Part shown: piece after piece, positions 25,071-39,149 of the stretch
Position numbering within the stretch: the first letter of the stretch is position 1
How the letters are laid out: every line of letters begins with the position of its first letter
From: the human T2T-CHM13v2.0 reference genome, Homo sapiens
Reading direction: 5' to 3' (one strand)
DNA length: 64,000 bases
NCBI RefSeq assembly: GCF_009914755.1
Contig: NC_060925.1
Notes under the pieces: generated by a model
The model's database searches: none
Seen by the model: the letters and a program-made list of their open reading frames with translations, nothing else
Told to the model about the DNA's origin: nothing
Position numbers and translations under genes: made by a program

Positions 25071-26282
25071 TTAGTTCCAATTTAACTTAACAAATAGCTC
25101 AGAAAGCTAATATAGCATATGACTACACATCTGGGTGATAAAGATCATCTTTTTAACCAAATACAACAGCTATTTAGTCTCTTTTATATAACATTAACTT
25201 TATAACTGTTTATCAAACGTTGAGAAGGCCCTAGTTATGTATAGACTTTAATTCACATAGTGGAAAATATTTAAAAATAGCTAATACACTAGAACTTTCT
25301 AAGGAGGGCATTATCCAAAAGAACTCAGAATGAGAAGGGATCTTATATTTTATTAACCTTATAATAAATCTGATATTCATTAGATGCCACTTCAAATTCC
25401 TACTAAGGAGGAAGGGAAGGGAAGGGAAGGGAAGGGAAGGCAACAGCAAAGAAGAAAAGGGAAGAGTAAAGGAGGGGAGGGAAAGAAAATAGAAAAATTT
25501 TAGAGTCCACCCTTTCATTTTATAACAATCAGTAAAGTTTATTTTTTTACTGGGATAAAGACATTATTACCAGCTTTGTCTCCATGGTTCTTAGAGGTCC
25601 TCTAGCCTAACTCTTAGCCAATTATTGAACTCTGCTCTGACAAGCTCAACAAATCTGTGGAATACAAGCTGTGGAAATTTTAATATTTGCTAAGTTCAGT
25701 TATCAGTACTAATAACACCTATGATATAATTATGTTTCATAATTAATTTGGAAATTTCTTAGGAAATAGAATTATATAATTGCCATTGCTATCTTAAATG
25801 AGATGCATTTTATAGGAATTACAATATTAGTGGTTTTATTACACAAAATAAAATTTCAGGAAAACTTGACTATTATTTAGTAAATATTTCCTATGAAGGT
25901 TACTATAATTGTAACATGATGTGGCACAAAAAATATTGGTCAGAAAATCCAGAGATTTGCGTTCTTTTCAGGCTGGGCCTTTTTTTATTTTGCCTTACCT
26001 CAAAATCTGGTAATAAAAATGATTTGCCTGACTCAATCCCCAGGGTTGTTGCAAAATGAATTATTTCATTTTTATATTTTTAAGACAAAAAGTAGATAAT
26101 TCTTTAATATAATTCAAAGTCACAATATTCATTTCTATCTCAGATTTAAAAGCCTTAAAAAGTCTCTACAGTTTTCCTCCATGTTAGTAAACAGCATTGT
26201 TTAGAAGAAATGAAGAAAAAAGAAAACAAAGCCACCCTGAAGTTGCTACTATATAATCAAAGCATGAAAAATAGTTTCTTAC

Positions 26283-26361
26283 CACTTCTCAGCTGTTCAA
26301 CTTCACAGAAGTGTGTTCCAGTGGGAGTGTGAATAAATGCATGGACATGCTTAACTCCATT
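26283..26361 (-). pseudogene. UOX: UOX exon 4
   Basis: ttttcag|AATGGAGTT; [26 protein letters not shown]; donor G|gtaaga; 99-nt intron 3. Confidence 0.96.
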
Positions 26362-26460
26362 CTGAAAATTAGGGAAACAAATTATTTCCAGGAAAATTTC
26401 AGTTCATGCCATAAAGCCAATTTCTTTAATTAAACTGAGAGCACAAATAAGTGAGTTAAC

Positions 26461-26577
26461 CTTTCCAAGATGCTTCCAAGGGATTTCTTCCATGTAGACT
26501 TGAGCTCGGATTACATGGTTAAAAGAAGAAAGAAAATGCTCACAAATATTCACACCAAAGGCTTCTATGCTTTTGAT
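26461..26577 (-). pseudogene. UOX: UOX exon 3 (codons 84-122) with mutated acceptor
   Basis: [39 protein letters not shown], preceded by tttctttttacAA instead of AG; donor AAG|gttaac. Confidence 0.96.
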
Positions 26578-26644
26578 TTGTAAAAAGAAACAAAATGCTT
26601 CAAAGCAGAAATAATTGTCCCATTTAAAAATAATTTATAAATAC

Positions 26645-27061
26645 TGTTAAATGAAACGATGGGAGGTCATTGCTTTGGACTAAGCTCCTGCATTAGACCC
26701 CAACAGACCAGACCAAAATGGAGTCACTTATGCTAAATTCCACATAATCAAATTGAAGCTTTAAGGAAGCAGATAGATACCAAAACAGACCAGTTTTTCC
26801 TGAAAACAGGAGACTCCAGTCTATCTGAGTCAGTGCGATAAGGAAGTCCCCTCTGCTTTAACTCTTACTAAAAAAGTAATCTGAAACCCGATGTTAACCA
26901 ATCAGTTTTTTTTTCCATTGTTCTGTTTCTTGTTCCCACCTTACAAAACCCAATGCCCAGTGGAAGCTCTTACTCTTTTTTGTAGAACAGAAGCTGCCCC
27001 AATGGTAAATAAAAACCAATTCACTCTATAACTAAACTTGTTGTAATTTTGTCTTTTGATA
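26645..27061 (+). mobile_element. ERV1-class (MER4-group) solo LTR next to UOX exon 3
   Basis: tgttaaatgaaa...cagaccagaccaaaatggagtcac...ttttgata; imperfect TSD atac/ttac. Confidence 0.7.
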
Positions 27062-27544
27062 TTACTCATGATGTTCTCTTTCCTGATGAATTGCTTTTTA
27101 GAACTAGACAAGCAGAGAATAGAGTCTACCTCAAGAGAAAAAGGTGTTTATCTCACTTTTTTACTAGAGCTCCCAAATGAAGTTAATAATCACCATCACC
27201 AGGTGAGACTCTCGTTTTTAAAAGAAACCCATTTTGCAGGAGAGGATGTGTCAGTGGATGAGCAAAAAATAACTTAACATTCAGATTCTTCTCACAGTGC
27301 GTTCAGTCATCACTTGTATCAACCACAGCACACCACAACACTCTAAACTCTATGAGGCTTCCCATTTTCCCAAGGAAAAATGTTAATGAAGGGCCACCTC
27401 ACTCCTTACCTTGCATACAGTCCTTCTATTGATCCCAGCTCTCCACCCCCATAATGCAGCTTCCATATTAATCCCTAGGTAATATTTTATGGTCTTAGCA
27501 CAGTCTGGAAATTATTAATGGCTTTGCCTATAATTAAAGTGAAG

Positions 27545-27670
27545 TATTTGTACAGGCTTCCCCAGTATAGTTCTGTTTTATACCTGTTGGCCCAGAATAA
27601 TTACGAATAGCATCCTATTTTGAGCTCAAAAGTGTCCTGGTTTGGATAAGAAGCTATACAATCACTCTAT
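27545..27670. mobile_element. MER94-like hAT MITE
   Basis: ctcaaaagtgtcctggtttggataa motif. Confidence 0.5.
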
Positions 27671-28116
27671 CCATAATGAATGACTTTAAGTAGTTTTTAA
27701 CATTCAGGTCCATTCTTCACTTTTCTGCAAACTCCTACACAGTACAGGAAATACAAGAATCTGTTGTACCTGGCCCTTGTCCATATCACAGCACAGGTCT
27801 ACTTTCAAACGATTTTTTTAAAGAATGCAGTACCTTTTTCCATAGCCCCATCTATGTTTGCTGGGTCATTCTGATTAGCAAGAGAAAGGTTCAGGGTAAA
27901 ATTAGGAGTTGCAGAAATTATATTGCAATGTTTGTTCATTTAATGAATTATGGGTATGGATTTCATGAGAAAACATGAGAAAAGAAGCTTTCCAGTCTAC
28001 ATTTCTTGTCTTTTTAGACTTCATGGCAAGTAAAAAAAAAAAAAATCAGCTTGAATTGCCCAGAAATCTGGGTGACCCAGCATAGCTTCACTCACACTTA
28101 AAGAAACCATAAGTGG

Positions 28117-28450
<334 letters not shown>

Positions 28451-29059
28451 TCAGTTCTATCAGATCTAAGTCTCTCTTGAAAAGTCCTAATAACCACTGT
28501 ATATGAACAGTAAGTGGTAATAGAGTTGGGAAAGTTAGAATGGCATTAAAATTTGGAAAATAGATTTCAACAATAAAAATAAATGTATCTCATACTCAAG
28601 ATATTCTTCTGTATTAATAACAAGAAGTGAAATGATATTTTCTTCTATAAATGCACACCATTCTAAAAAAATAAAAACTAAATGGTAAGACTCAAAGAAA
28701 TGCATGACAAAAATGTGTAAAATTCTATTCTGAAATTCTTTCAGGACCTTGATTTTCCTTTGATTCTAATTAGAGATAACATGTATTTTGTCCAATAAGA
28801 TTCTCTGCCTAAAAGATTGCAGTGAGATAAGAGCCAAGGAAACAAAGATGTGAGGTTTGTGTGTTTGTTTGCTTTTCTGCAAAGTTTTCTTCAATCCTGA
28901 GACCTTTAGGCTAGAAAAGAACATTTTTTTAAAAAATGGCTTAAATGTAAAAATAGATTAAAATGCAAAGGGAACTGGAAATAAGCAAGTAACACTTCAT
29001 GCTGTTTTATGGCAAATTCTGCATCAAGATAGGCGGCATCTAAGAAGAATGACACATAC

Positions 29060-29278
29060 TTCTTTAAACTTTGCCAAGACATGAACTGTGTTCTTGATGG
29101 TGTCTGTAGGGATGATGTCTGAATTATCTCCATGCAGGTAATCTTTTTTGGAACTTAGAGTAAGTTGCACTGAAGTTGCCACCTCTTTAATGCTGTGATA
29201 TTTTCCATCTCACTGAATATGGAGAACTTTTACCATTTCCTTCCCATAGCCAGTTCGGACAAACTCCACCTCATCATT
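29060..29278 (-). pseudogene. UOX: UOX exon 2 (codons 11-83) with nonsense codon 33
   Basis: cag|AATGATGAG...; [32 protein letters not shown]...[17 protein letters not shown]; TGA at 29212-29210; donor GAA|gtatgt. Confidence 0.97.
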
Positions 29279-31309
29279 CTGCAATGAAAACACAGGCATC
29301 TTATTGAAGAAGGCTCAATGAAAGCCAAAAGTTAGGTGAAATTTACTTAACCTTCATTATATCATACAATTGTAAAAGATGAGATTCAGAGTATATATGG
29401 AAGCAATATCACATTCTACTTTTGAAGAAGAATGAGAACTTGTATAGGAAAAAGAGAATCCCATGCAGCAAATGAAAATATATCAGATTGTTCTGAAGAC
29501 TGACAGGTACAGGGCTTTTTTGATAATAATAATAAATACATTAATAGGACCTCCTGGGTCAAAACTGTACTGTTTTATTTAATCCCCACTAACCTAATCC
29601 TTGTAATAGCACTGTAAAATCTTTATAATCCCAGTGTAAAATGGGAATTAATATTCCCATTTATGGAGGGAGGAGGTGAGTTTCAAAGATATTAAGTGAT
29701 TTGCCCTAGTTCATACGGCTAGTAAAGGACAGAGCCAGGATTTGCACTCAAGTCTATTGACTCTAAATTGTAGAATGGCCAGTAGGTGAACTGCTTTTCT
29801 TCTATAAAATATCTTCACTATGTTACCTGGAAATAATTGCATGCCCTTTTTATAGAGAGTGACATTCTGGAGAAAATGCCCTGTGATCAATAGAAACAAT
29901 TTGAAAATTGCCTTTTCTACTTGCTGCCGGGAAGAACAGTAATTAGTGACAGGGTCCAGATTACCTTCAGGAGTGCAGAGCCAAGGCTGTCTGGCTGCAG
30001 GAAGAGCTATGCTTTTAGTGAAGAGACACTTAATAAAAGCCTAGTGATTGATTCATTACTACCCTTGTCTGAAGCTGGAGCCTTGGCTAGTGAACACATT
30101 CATCTCCACTGGTAGAATCCATAAGATTTGTCCCTGGGCTTTACTGGTGTTTGAGGAAAGAGGCAGGAGGGAGCAGAAGAACAGAAAAACCTTATTTTAT
30201 TTAGCACAGAAATTGAACATTAAAATGATAATGAAAGAAGGTGACAAAAATAAAAGTAAATGAAAAACAGCATGCAGTGAGAGTCTGGGTAGGAGACAAA
30301 GAAGGAACCTCATCTGCAAATCACACTTAGGATGTTCAGGTGTACTAAGGGCTGCCTAAATATCTATTTGAATAAAAAATCACCAGACCCTCTGAGGGGA
30401 ATTTAAGAATACTAGCCAAAGTCAGAAAGTACTGCTGTTCTTAAAGTAGGGGGTGGGAGGCTGCCTCCAATCTTGGAGATAGAGCTGGGCAGGGCAGGCT
30501 ATTGTTGGTCATTGAACATGCCCTCGGGGGTTGAGATATCTGAATTCAGTTCTTTCTTGTGAGAGGTTAAGGAAAACTCTTGGAGAGGCCTCTGAAAAGC
30601 CTCTGGCCCAACATTTGGGGACTCATGCTGAAGAAAAGGGTCAATAAGAAAACCAAAGGAGCAGACTCAAGGGATCTCAGTAAGAACTACAAGACTGTCG
30701 GGGAAAGAGAAACTGTTGTGTGGTAGTGGCTTTGGGATTAAACGAAGTTCAAATTCAACCCTGCCACTTAAAGCTTTGTGGCTTGCAACAAGTAATTTAA
30801 TGTTTCTGAGCCTCAGTTTCCCCATTTGTGCAAATGGAAAGAAGCACCTCTACCTTGTAGGGCTGCTGGTGAATGTCAAAGGCCTGGCTTAGTTCCCAGC
30901 AGCTAGTGGTACACTGAGGTTAATCCCAGCAATAGAGGCCAGGCCTGGCTGTGGAAGCAGCAGCAGCAGAGGTAGCAGAGGGGACTGTGATTAAGGGCGC
31001 CAGTTTTCAGAGTGAACAGCACTGGGAGCAGTAACAGGTGGAAGACTCTGGTGTATATTGAGCCACAAGGGACTCTACCTGAAGGAGGAAGGCATTTGGC
31101 TGGGTTGGGGCCCTTGAGTGGTATGGGCTGGAGTCTGGAATGAAAGGTCTCTGAGATCATCCATCATCCCCAACATGTACCAGGACTCGACAAATGTTAC
31201 TCCTTAGCTTCATCCCTGCCCCTATATATTCAAGAAACAGTAGTTTAGCCTATGAAGACAAGTGGTACCTACATGGTACATAGAAAGATTAAATGATAGC
31301 CACCCTTCT

Positions 31310-31800
31310 TATCCCCATTCCTGTTCAGCTCACCAGCATAATATCTGGCCACACGTCATTGCAAACTCTGCTTTAGCTATGCTGATCTAATCACGGCTGC
31401 CCAGGTGTTACATGCTTTTTCTGTGTGTTGGCCTTTGGATTTGCTATTCCGTCTTTCTTGAACACTTTCTCCTCCTTACTACCCAACTACCAACCTCTTT
31501 GCCTGCCTAGCTTCTTCTAGATACCCTTCAGGTCTCAGATGCCACTTCTCCCAGGGTCCACCCCAGCCCTTCAAGTCTGGAATAGCTTCCCCTTTTAGGT
31601 GCTCTCAAAATATTTGTTATTGCCTTATCAGAATATTTATCAAATTGTATTGCACCTGCCTCTTTATGTGTCTGATTCATTCAAAAACAGTAAACTATGA
31701 AAGCAGGAACAAGTTTGATCTTGGTCACCATGGCAACCTCAGCACTCAGCACAATGCCTGGAACATAAGTAGGTGCTTAATAAATGTGTCATGAATGAAT
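31310..31800 (+). mobile_element. L2 3' fragment
   Basis: agcacaatgcctggaacataagtaggtgcttaataaatg...tgaatgaat. Confidence 0.6.
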
Positions 31801-32479
31801 GGATGGTGCCACCACCACCTCCACTGCTTGTGTGATGACACAGCATAGTTAATGAAAACACACAAAGGATTTCAATACAGGAAGAGCCACTTCAGCTCAG
31901 ACCCCAATTAGGAAGTCCTTTTCCGGGGAAAGTGGGGCAAGGAATTTATGCCCAATGATCACCACAGCCTGGAGATCACAGGCACAGCTGACCAAAGAAC
32001 AAAAAGCCGAGGAAGGGCAGAATTGAGTATAGAGTCGGTAAGGCAGCACAAAGTGTTCACATGGCTAATAAGACAGCCTTCCAGTGCAGCACAGCCATCC
32101 CAGACTGGAGATCATGCAAGACATGTGCGGGACAGGTCAGCGCTCCTTTGCAGGACCCTGACTGGACTAAGCAGAGTTGGCCCTTGAGCAAAGTTTGAGT
32201 AATCAAGTTTACTGGCAATGAGTCTGTATGAAGGGAACCAATCATCTGATCCTGGAGCAGGTGGAACAAGCCTGGCGTGGGACACCCGAAAGCGTCCCTG
32301 CACCCAAAGAGCAGATAATGGCCTGGACCATAACCGAGGCTGTTCTCCCCCAGTTCTCTAATCAGATAAATCAGAAGTAGGTGTCAGAGCCCCCTTGTGT
32401 AGAATGTAGGGAATGGTGCAGAGATCTCATACGGTAAAATACAAAGGGTGCTCTCTTCTGGAGAGTGGGCAGGTGGCCG

Positions 32480-32700
32480 AAAGGACAGGCTTTGGGCTCT
32501 GCAGTCAGGCAGCCCAGGCGGAATCCTTGTTCTGCCACATATTAGCTCTGAACAGAGGCAAATTTCTCCATCTATAAAATGGGAATAATAGTAGTGTCCA
32601 TCTCTGAGGATTGATGTGAGGATGAGAAAAAATATAAAGAACTTAGAAAAGTGTTTTACCAATAATCAGCACTCGATTAATCAGCACTTATTAGCCATAA
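32480..32700 (+). mobile_element. MIR SINE
   Basis: tttctccatctataaaatgggaataatagtagt. Confidence 0.65.
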
Positions 32701-33009
32701 TTATCATTGATAAATAATAATCACTCGTCAAATTTTGCATTAAAGGATAAAGTTACTGACAGAGATAAATACCTAGAATGCACACCAATCGAGAGCTGGA
32801 GTGGTCAAATCAAAGGGCTGCTGCTATGATAAGGCCTACTTCTGCCTGCCTACCCTCAGGTACATTGGCCTTCTTTAAATGTTCATGATTACTGACACTC
32901 ACCCCTTTGGTTGTCCTTCCTCAGGCTTGTATGGTTTGAGAAGTTATAAAAGTGAATCGATTTCTTAGAATAATACTCTGGAAAAAATATTAGCAGGAAT
33001 AATTTCATT

Positions 33010-33487
<478 letters not shown>

Positions 33488-33574
33488 TGACTCATGTATT
33501 TTCACTTCTGCAATAAGATAGTAAGTGTTCTCTTATTTTCAGGCCATAATGAAAGTGATATAGATGTCACTACA

Positions 33575-33780
33575 GGTCTAGGGGTTCTTACCTTAGAGTC
33601 TTTTAGCCTCCAGAAGTCTCAGTGGATGGATTTGGGTTGGAACTGTGTACTCCATGAAGTTGTAACTAAAAGTTTATTTGTTTAGGGGAGGGGAGAGGTG
33701 AATCTTTCTGGGGAGAGCATTCGTAGAATTTCATTAGATTCCAAAAGGCCTCATGACTTATAAAAGTTTAAGAACCATTG
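33575..33780. mobile_element. MER103-like hAT fragment
   Basis: tttctggggagagcattc...ttcattagattccaaaagg...gttaagaaccattg. Confidence 0.5.
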
Positions 33781-34227
33781 CTCTGTGTAATTGGTGTCCA
33801 AATTGTTAGGATCACTTTGATCAAACTGACTTTGCCATGGTCTGACAACTAGCCACGAGGCGGCAGGAGGGAGAAGACTTGGTCATTTCAGTGTACAACT
33901 GCAATGGAACAGTATTGTAAAAGTGAAGGCTCTAATGTCTGATTGCCTGAGTTTAATTTCTGCCTCCACCACCTGCTAGCTGTATGGCCCTAGGCAAGTT
34001 ACTTAATTTTTTTTGTTCCCTCCCCTTTGGATCTGTAAAATATGGTAATGACAGCAGCTGTTTCCCACAATTGTCATGAGGTTGAAAGTGACTTGCACAT
34101 GGTGTCAGTAAATGTTAGCTCTTATTATTATCTGACCTGCCAATTTGACCAAAAAAAAAAAAAAAAAAGGATACTTCAAATCAGTTCCATCAGTAAGTGG
34201 TAGGGAGACATCCTTGTTTATCTCTTT

Positions 34228-34328
34228 CTTTTTTTCATTTTTAGAAACAGGATCTCACTATGTTGCCCAGGCTGGAGCATAGTGGTTATTCACAGGCGTG
34301 ATCCCACTACTGATCAGTACAGGAGTTT
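34228..34328 (-). pseudogene. 5'-truncated 7SL (SRP) RNA retrocopy
   Basis: Reverse complement aaactcctgtactgatcagtagtgggatcacgcctgtgaataaccactatgctccagcctgggcaacatagtgag matches the 7SL 3' end, including sequence absent from Alu. A tail; TSD atctcttt (34220/34330). Confidence 0.85.
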
Positions 34329-37059
34329 CATCTCTTTTTGATAAAGAAGACTGAGGATCCCACACAGGTGCACACTGTTTTGTGCTATAGATGTACAACT
34401 AATAAAACAAATCCTTGTCAATACTAATTGTATTTTAAATGAATCCTAGCTGCTTATACACATTGAGGGCAAATCGCTATATAAAGCTAATATTCTTCTC
34501 CACCCATGGGCCATACTTTTTAGCTCTGTGCGTATTTATGCATGCTTCCTTTTAATAATAGCACTCACATATTTGTACTTACATGCACCAGGTACCAAAT
34601 GAATTTCTCCATTTTCTAGTTAAACACTGAGGCAGAAAGAAGTACATTTCTCTGGCCAAACTACCAAGATTTGACTTCAAGTCTCTGTGATTTTAACCAC
34701 CAATCAACACTCTTACCCTCAGCCTAGAATGCCCTCTCTCCACAGAGCATGGTTCATTCCACATTGGACCTTCTCCATAAAACTTTCCCAATGCCCCCAA
34801 GAGGAAATGACACCTCTTGCCTTTGAACTTCCAGTGCACTTTAGGTGAAGAGTTACTAGCTGCTGAGGTCACTCTTTATTATTCTCATGTGTGTACATGT
34901 CTTAGTATTCCCAATATCAATGTCTTGAAGGCCAGATTGAGTCATCTTTATATTTGCCCATAGCACTTGACAGTGCTTTGAAAATTGTCATAAATTATTT
35001 GTCCAAGAAACAAGCTTCCTCATTTTGCAGATTAGTTCAGAAAATTTAGGTCATTTTTATTTTGGCAGGAAAAACATAGTTTTCAGCTCTAAGTCACTCA
35101 TCAATGGAGCCTCAGGTTCATATTTTCAAGTTACAGGATGAGGTGGAGGGGTATAAGGAGATTCAGCCTATATCAGTACATATTTTCCTACAAGAACTCT
35201 TATAGGGAAAAGAAATAAGGTTGATTTTTGTGGCTTGTGAGCTCAAAATCATTCTCAGAAAATAAAAATCCTTGTGAAACTACCCATGGGCCTCTATATT
35301 ATTAAATATTAGCAGAGGTAGTAATATTATAACACAGTTTCCAACTACCTAAACCTTTGGCACATATTCATTTATTTTTTACACAGAACTGCCTCATTTT
35401 AGAGGCTTCTTTTAGCTATAGTCTTATGTTTTTGATTCTAGCATGTCATTCTTCAACATCAAATTTCTCTACTCTGCTGGCAAAGGCAGGTATTAAAGGT
35501 TATTGTTGTGTTTAATTTTAGCTTTTCCCAATACTTACATATGAATTTTCATTTGGTGTATGTGTACGTTCACCAAATGTGTGTTTATGTATGTAGTTTT
35601 AATTAGAGAAAAATGACTGGAAAATATTAGGAAAGATAAGGGGAAACTTATAAATATAAATTTTAAAATGACTAGAATTTTCTCTCAAGTCTTAGAAGAG
35701 CTTCTAAAGCATCATCTCTCTTCTATATAATAGAGAGAAATACAAAAATACTAGCTATGTAGGACCCATCACATATAGATAAATATCAATTCAGTTGCAG
35801 TGTGCCATGATAGAAGGAAAAATTATTCATGGTGACAGCCTCTTTTGTCTTTGGAATGTGGTAGAGAAGTTCTTCCAATTATTTTCCCAGGTTTCTCCTT
35901 TGCCTGCTATTTTTTGGGCATTCACGAACAAAAAGACTTCAGAGAAAAATGCTGAGCTAACATGAGAAAAATGAGCACTCATGTGGACAATCTTAATATC
36001 ACTTTGGTAGATTTTAACAATACACAATAATGATAAGAACAATAATGGTGGCTAATCTTAGTGACAGCTGGTATCTTTTTGATTGCCTAGGATCTACTAA
36101 ATGTTGATGGGAAAATACTGATATCCAGTAGGGAAAGGCATGTTGCTTTAACCTGCAGAGTGGCCTATTATTGCTATCATGGGGGAAGATATATGTTATG
36201 TTCAAAGAGTGACTCTAAAGGGATTTGTCAAGCAGATGTTTCAAAAACAGTATAACAACTCATCTGCATAACTATGGCAGAAACGGTAACCTGTTACCTA
36301 ACAAAGACTCCATTTACAGGAGTCTTCTTTTCATTCTTTCACCTACTACCAAGAAAGAGAAACTCATCGCTAATTGCCAGGAGAAATACTAATTTTCTTG
36401 CCAGCCTTTCCACAGCATCAACAGGCTTAGGGCACTGAACCTGGAACAAGGCCCACAGGAGCTTCTAGGATTAGGGGCAGAAGATCCCACAATAAAGAAT
36501 TGATGGAGACCACCAAAAACGCAGCTGAAAGAACATTTTGCTGAAATTCATACATTGAAAGATGTCTGTTTCCTAATGTATGTCTTGAAAATAAAATAGC
36601 AACAACCATTTATTAAGAGTTTGATATGTCAAGAAATTAGCATATATTATTTCCTCTACTTCTTGACAAGCCCTGTAAAATATGTATTATTATCCAACTT
36701 TGACCAAAAAAGACAGTAGGGTTAGGTAATATCCCAAGGTCACATAGTTACTAGGTGACAGAGACAGGATGAGAGCTCAGCCCATGTGCCCCTAGACGAC
36801 ATGTTCTTTCCCACTACATCATAGGCCCTACACCCACTTTGATGGCTGGCTCCTGCGTTCATTAGGGAAAGAAAGGAAGCATTTATTCTGATTCCAGCAA
36901 AGCAGGGAATTGGCCATGCTGCTGTAGAAAGTTGCATTTCTATACCACTTAACCATTTTTAAAATTTCCACCCTCTGGGATCGATATTACCTTATCTACC
37001 TCACAAGCACCCTGTGATTTGGTAGAGAGACTCTATTTGAAAATAAACTAGCCCAGAGA

Positions 37060-37528
<469 letters not shown>

Positions 37529-38514
37529 AAACTAGCCCAGAGATGTTAAGTGAGCTACCCAAAGTCACACAGATGACAGGCAGACTGATACAGTGGAAAA
37601 AGTCCTGCTGAGATGGAAAAGACACTGTGCTAGGCAGAACTTACCCCACACCAAGAGCTGCCCCTGCACAAACCATCCCTTTTTCTAGCACTTCAGTCAT
37701 TTTTTTTTTTTTAGTTACAGAGGATCCTGAACTCAGATGAATTCTGTGTTTATGGTGGGAAGGTTTAAGCTGTGAAACAGGAGGAAAATCTTAGGGTGGT
37801 TGCCCCTTTGGCTTCATGCCTTCAACAACATGGCACTCATTTGAGTGGAACACAGACTTTTATCTGATAAAGAGCATTGAAAACACAAATAACATGGGCT
37901 TGAGGTCATTTAAAACCTCACCAAAGGACTGATTCCAGTCTATCTGCAAGGAAAAGAAAGTTACTTTGTCATGGAAGGAAAGGAAACAAGTGAGAAGGAA
38001 CCAGCATTTATGAGAGTCAGTTATGTGACAGGGACTGTGCACATAGCCTCTCACTGAATCCTGAGAGCACTCTATGAAGGTAGAAATCATAAGCCCCACC
38101 CTTAGAAAAGGAAGCTGAAGCTCAACATGGTTGATTATTTGATGGAAACCACGTGGCGAGTGAGAGGCAGCCATGGACCCCAGGTCTGGCTGATTCTTCT
38201 TACTATGCTTAGCTGCCTCTCTGACTTATAAACATTGTATTAAAATTCTTTCTAATGGGATTTTTACCTACTATATACCCACTTTTATATATCTTCTGAT
38301 TAAATTCATTCTAAGTTCCATATAACCCCAAAATAGATGTCTCTGAAAACTTTTTCTTGTTTTTTTCCCCAACTCAATTACAGCAGGATCTGAAAACTTT
38401 TTCATTCAATCAATATATTCACTTGTATTTATTTAGCTCCTTCTAGGTGACAAGCACTGTGGTATGTGCTGGAGATGCAACAGTAAACAAGCCAAGCACT
38501 GTTTTGCCTTCATA

Positions 38515-38705
38515 GACTAGAATAAACTTCTTCTGTAAAGAATCAGAAGTTAATTTGTATGCTTTTTAGGTTGTGGGGTCTCTGTTGCAACTAAACTCTG
38601 CCATTGTAGCATAAAAGCATCTATAAGTAATACATAAATGAATGGGTGTGGATGTATTCCAATAAAACTTTACAAAAATAGGCACAGGAGTTTTCTGACC
38701 CCTGC
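38515..38705. mobile_element. MER58A inside an L2 fragment
   Basis: aaacttcttctgtaaag...gtattccaataaaacttt...ctgacccctg. Confidence 0.7.
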
Positions 38706-39149
38706 TCTCTAGAGGAAGACTCAGAAAGGTAAGCAAGTAATTAACAACACATTGTGATAATTACTCTAATTGAGAAAATAGTGAGATCTGGGAATATATT
38801 GGAGGGACACCTAAGTCAGATTGGGAGAGATCAAGGATGGCTTCCAGGAAGAATTGGCATCCTCAAAGCAACCTGAAGGATGAGTAGGAATTAACCAAAC
38901 GTAATTTTCTGGTCCTCTTCCACTTACTGTATTTATGTTTTCCTTTAACTGCATTTCTCGGTAACAATTCTTTTAATCTTCAAATTCTTTAATCTATAAA
39001 TACTTGAATCATTTGCTTGTCTCATTCCTTTTCATCAAAATAATTCAAGTCCTCTCCCCATCCTCCCACAACAAGTACATCAGCTTTTTCCTTCAGTATG
39101 TCAACTTCTAGATTTTACTCAATCCATCAACAGTCTTCTAAAAATCTGA

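Noticed and set aside
33543-33575. Possible + strand micro-exon (ttttcag|...acag|gtctag)
   Set aside because: Weak donor at the edge of a MER element; no further support
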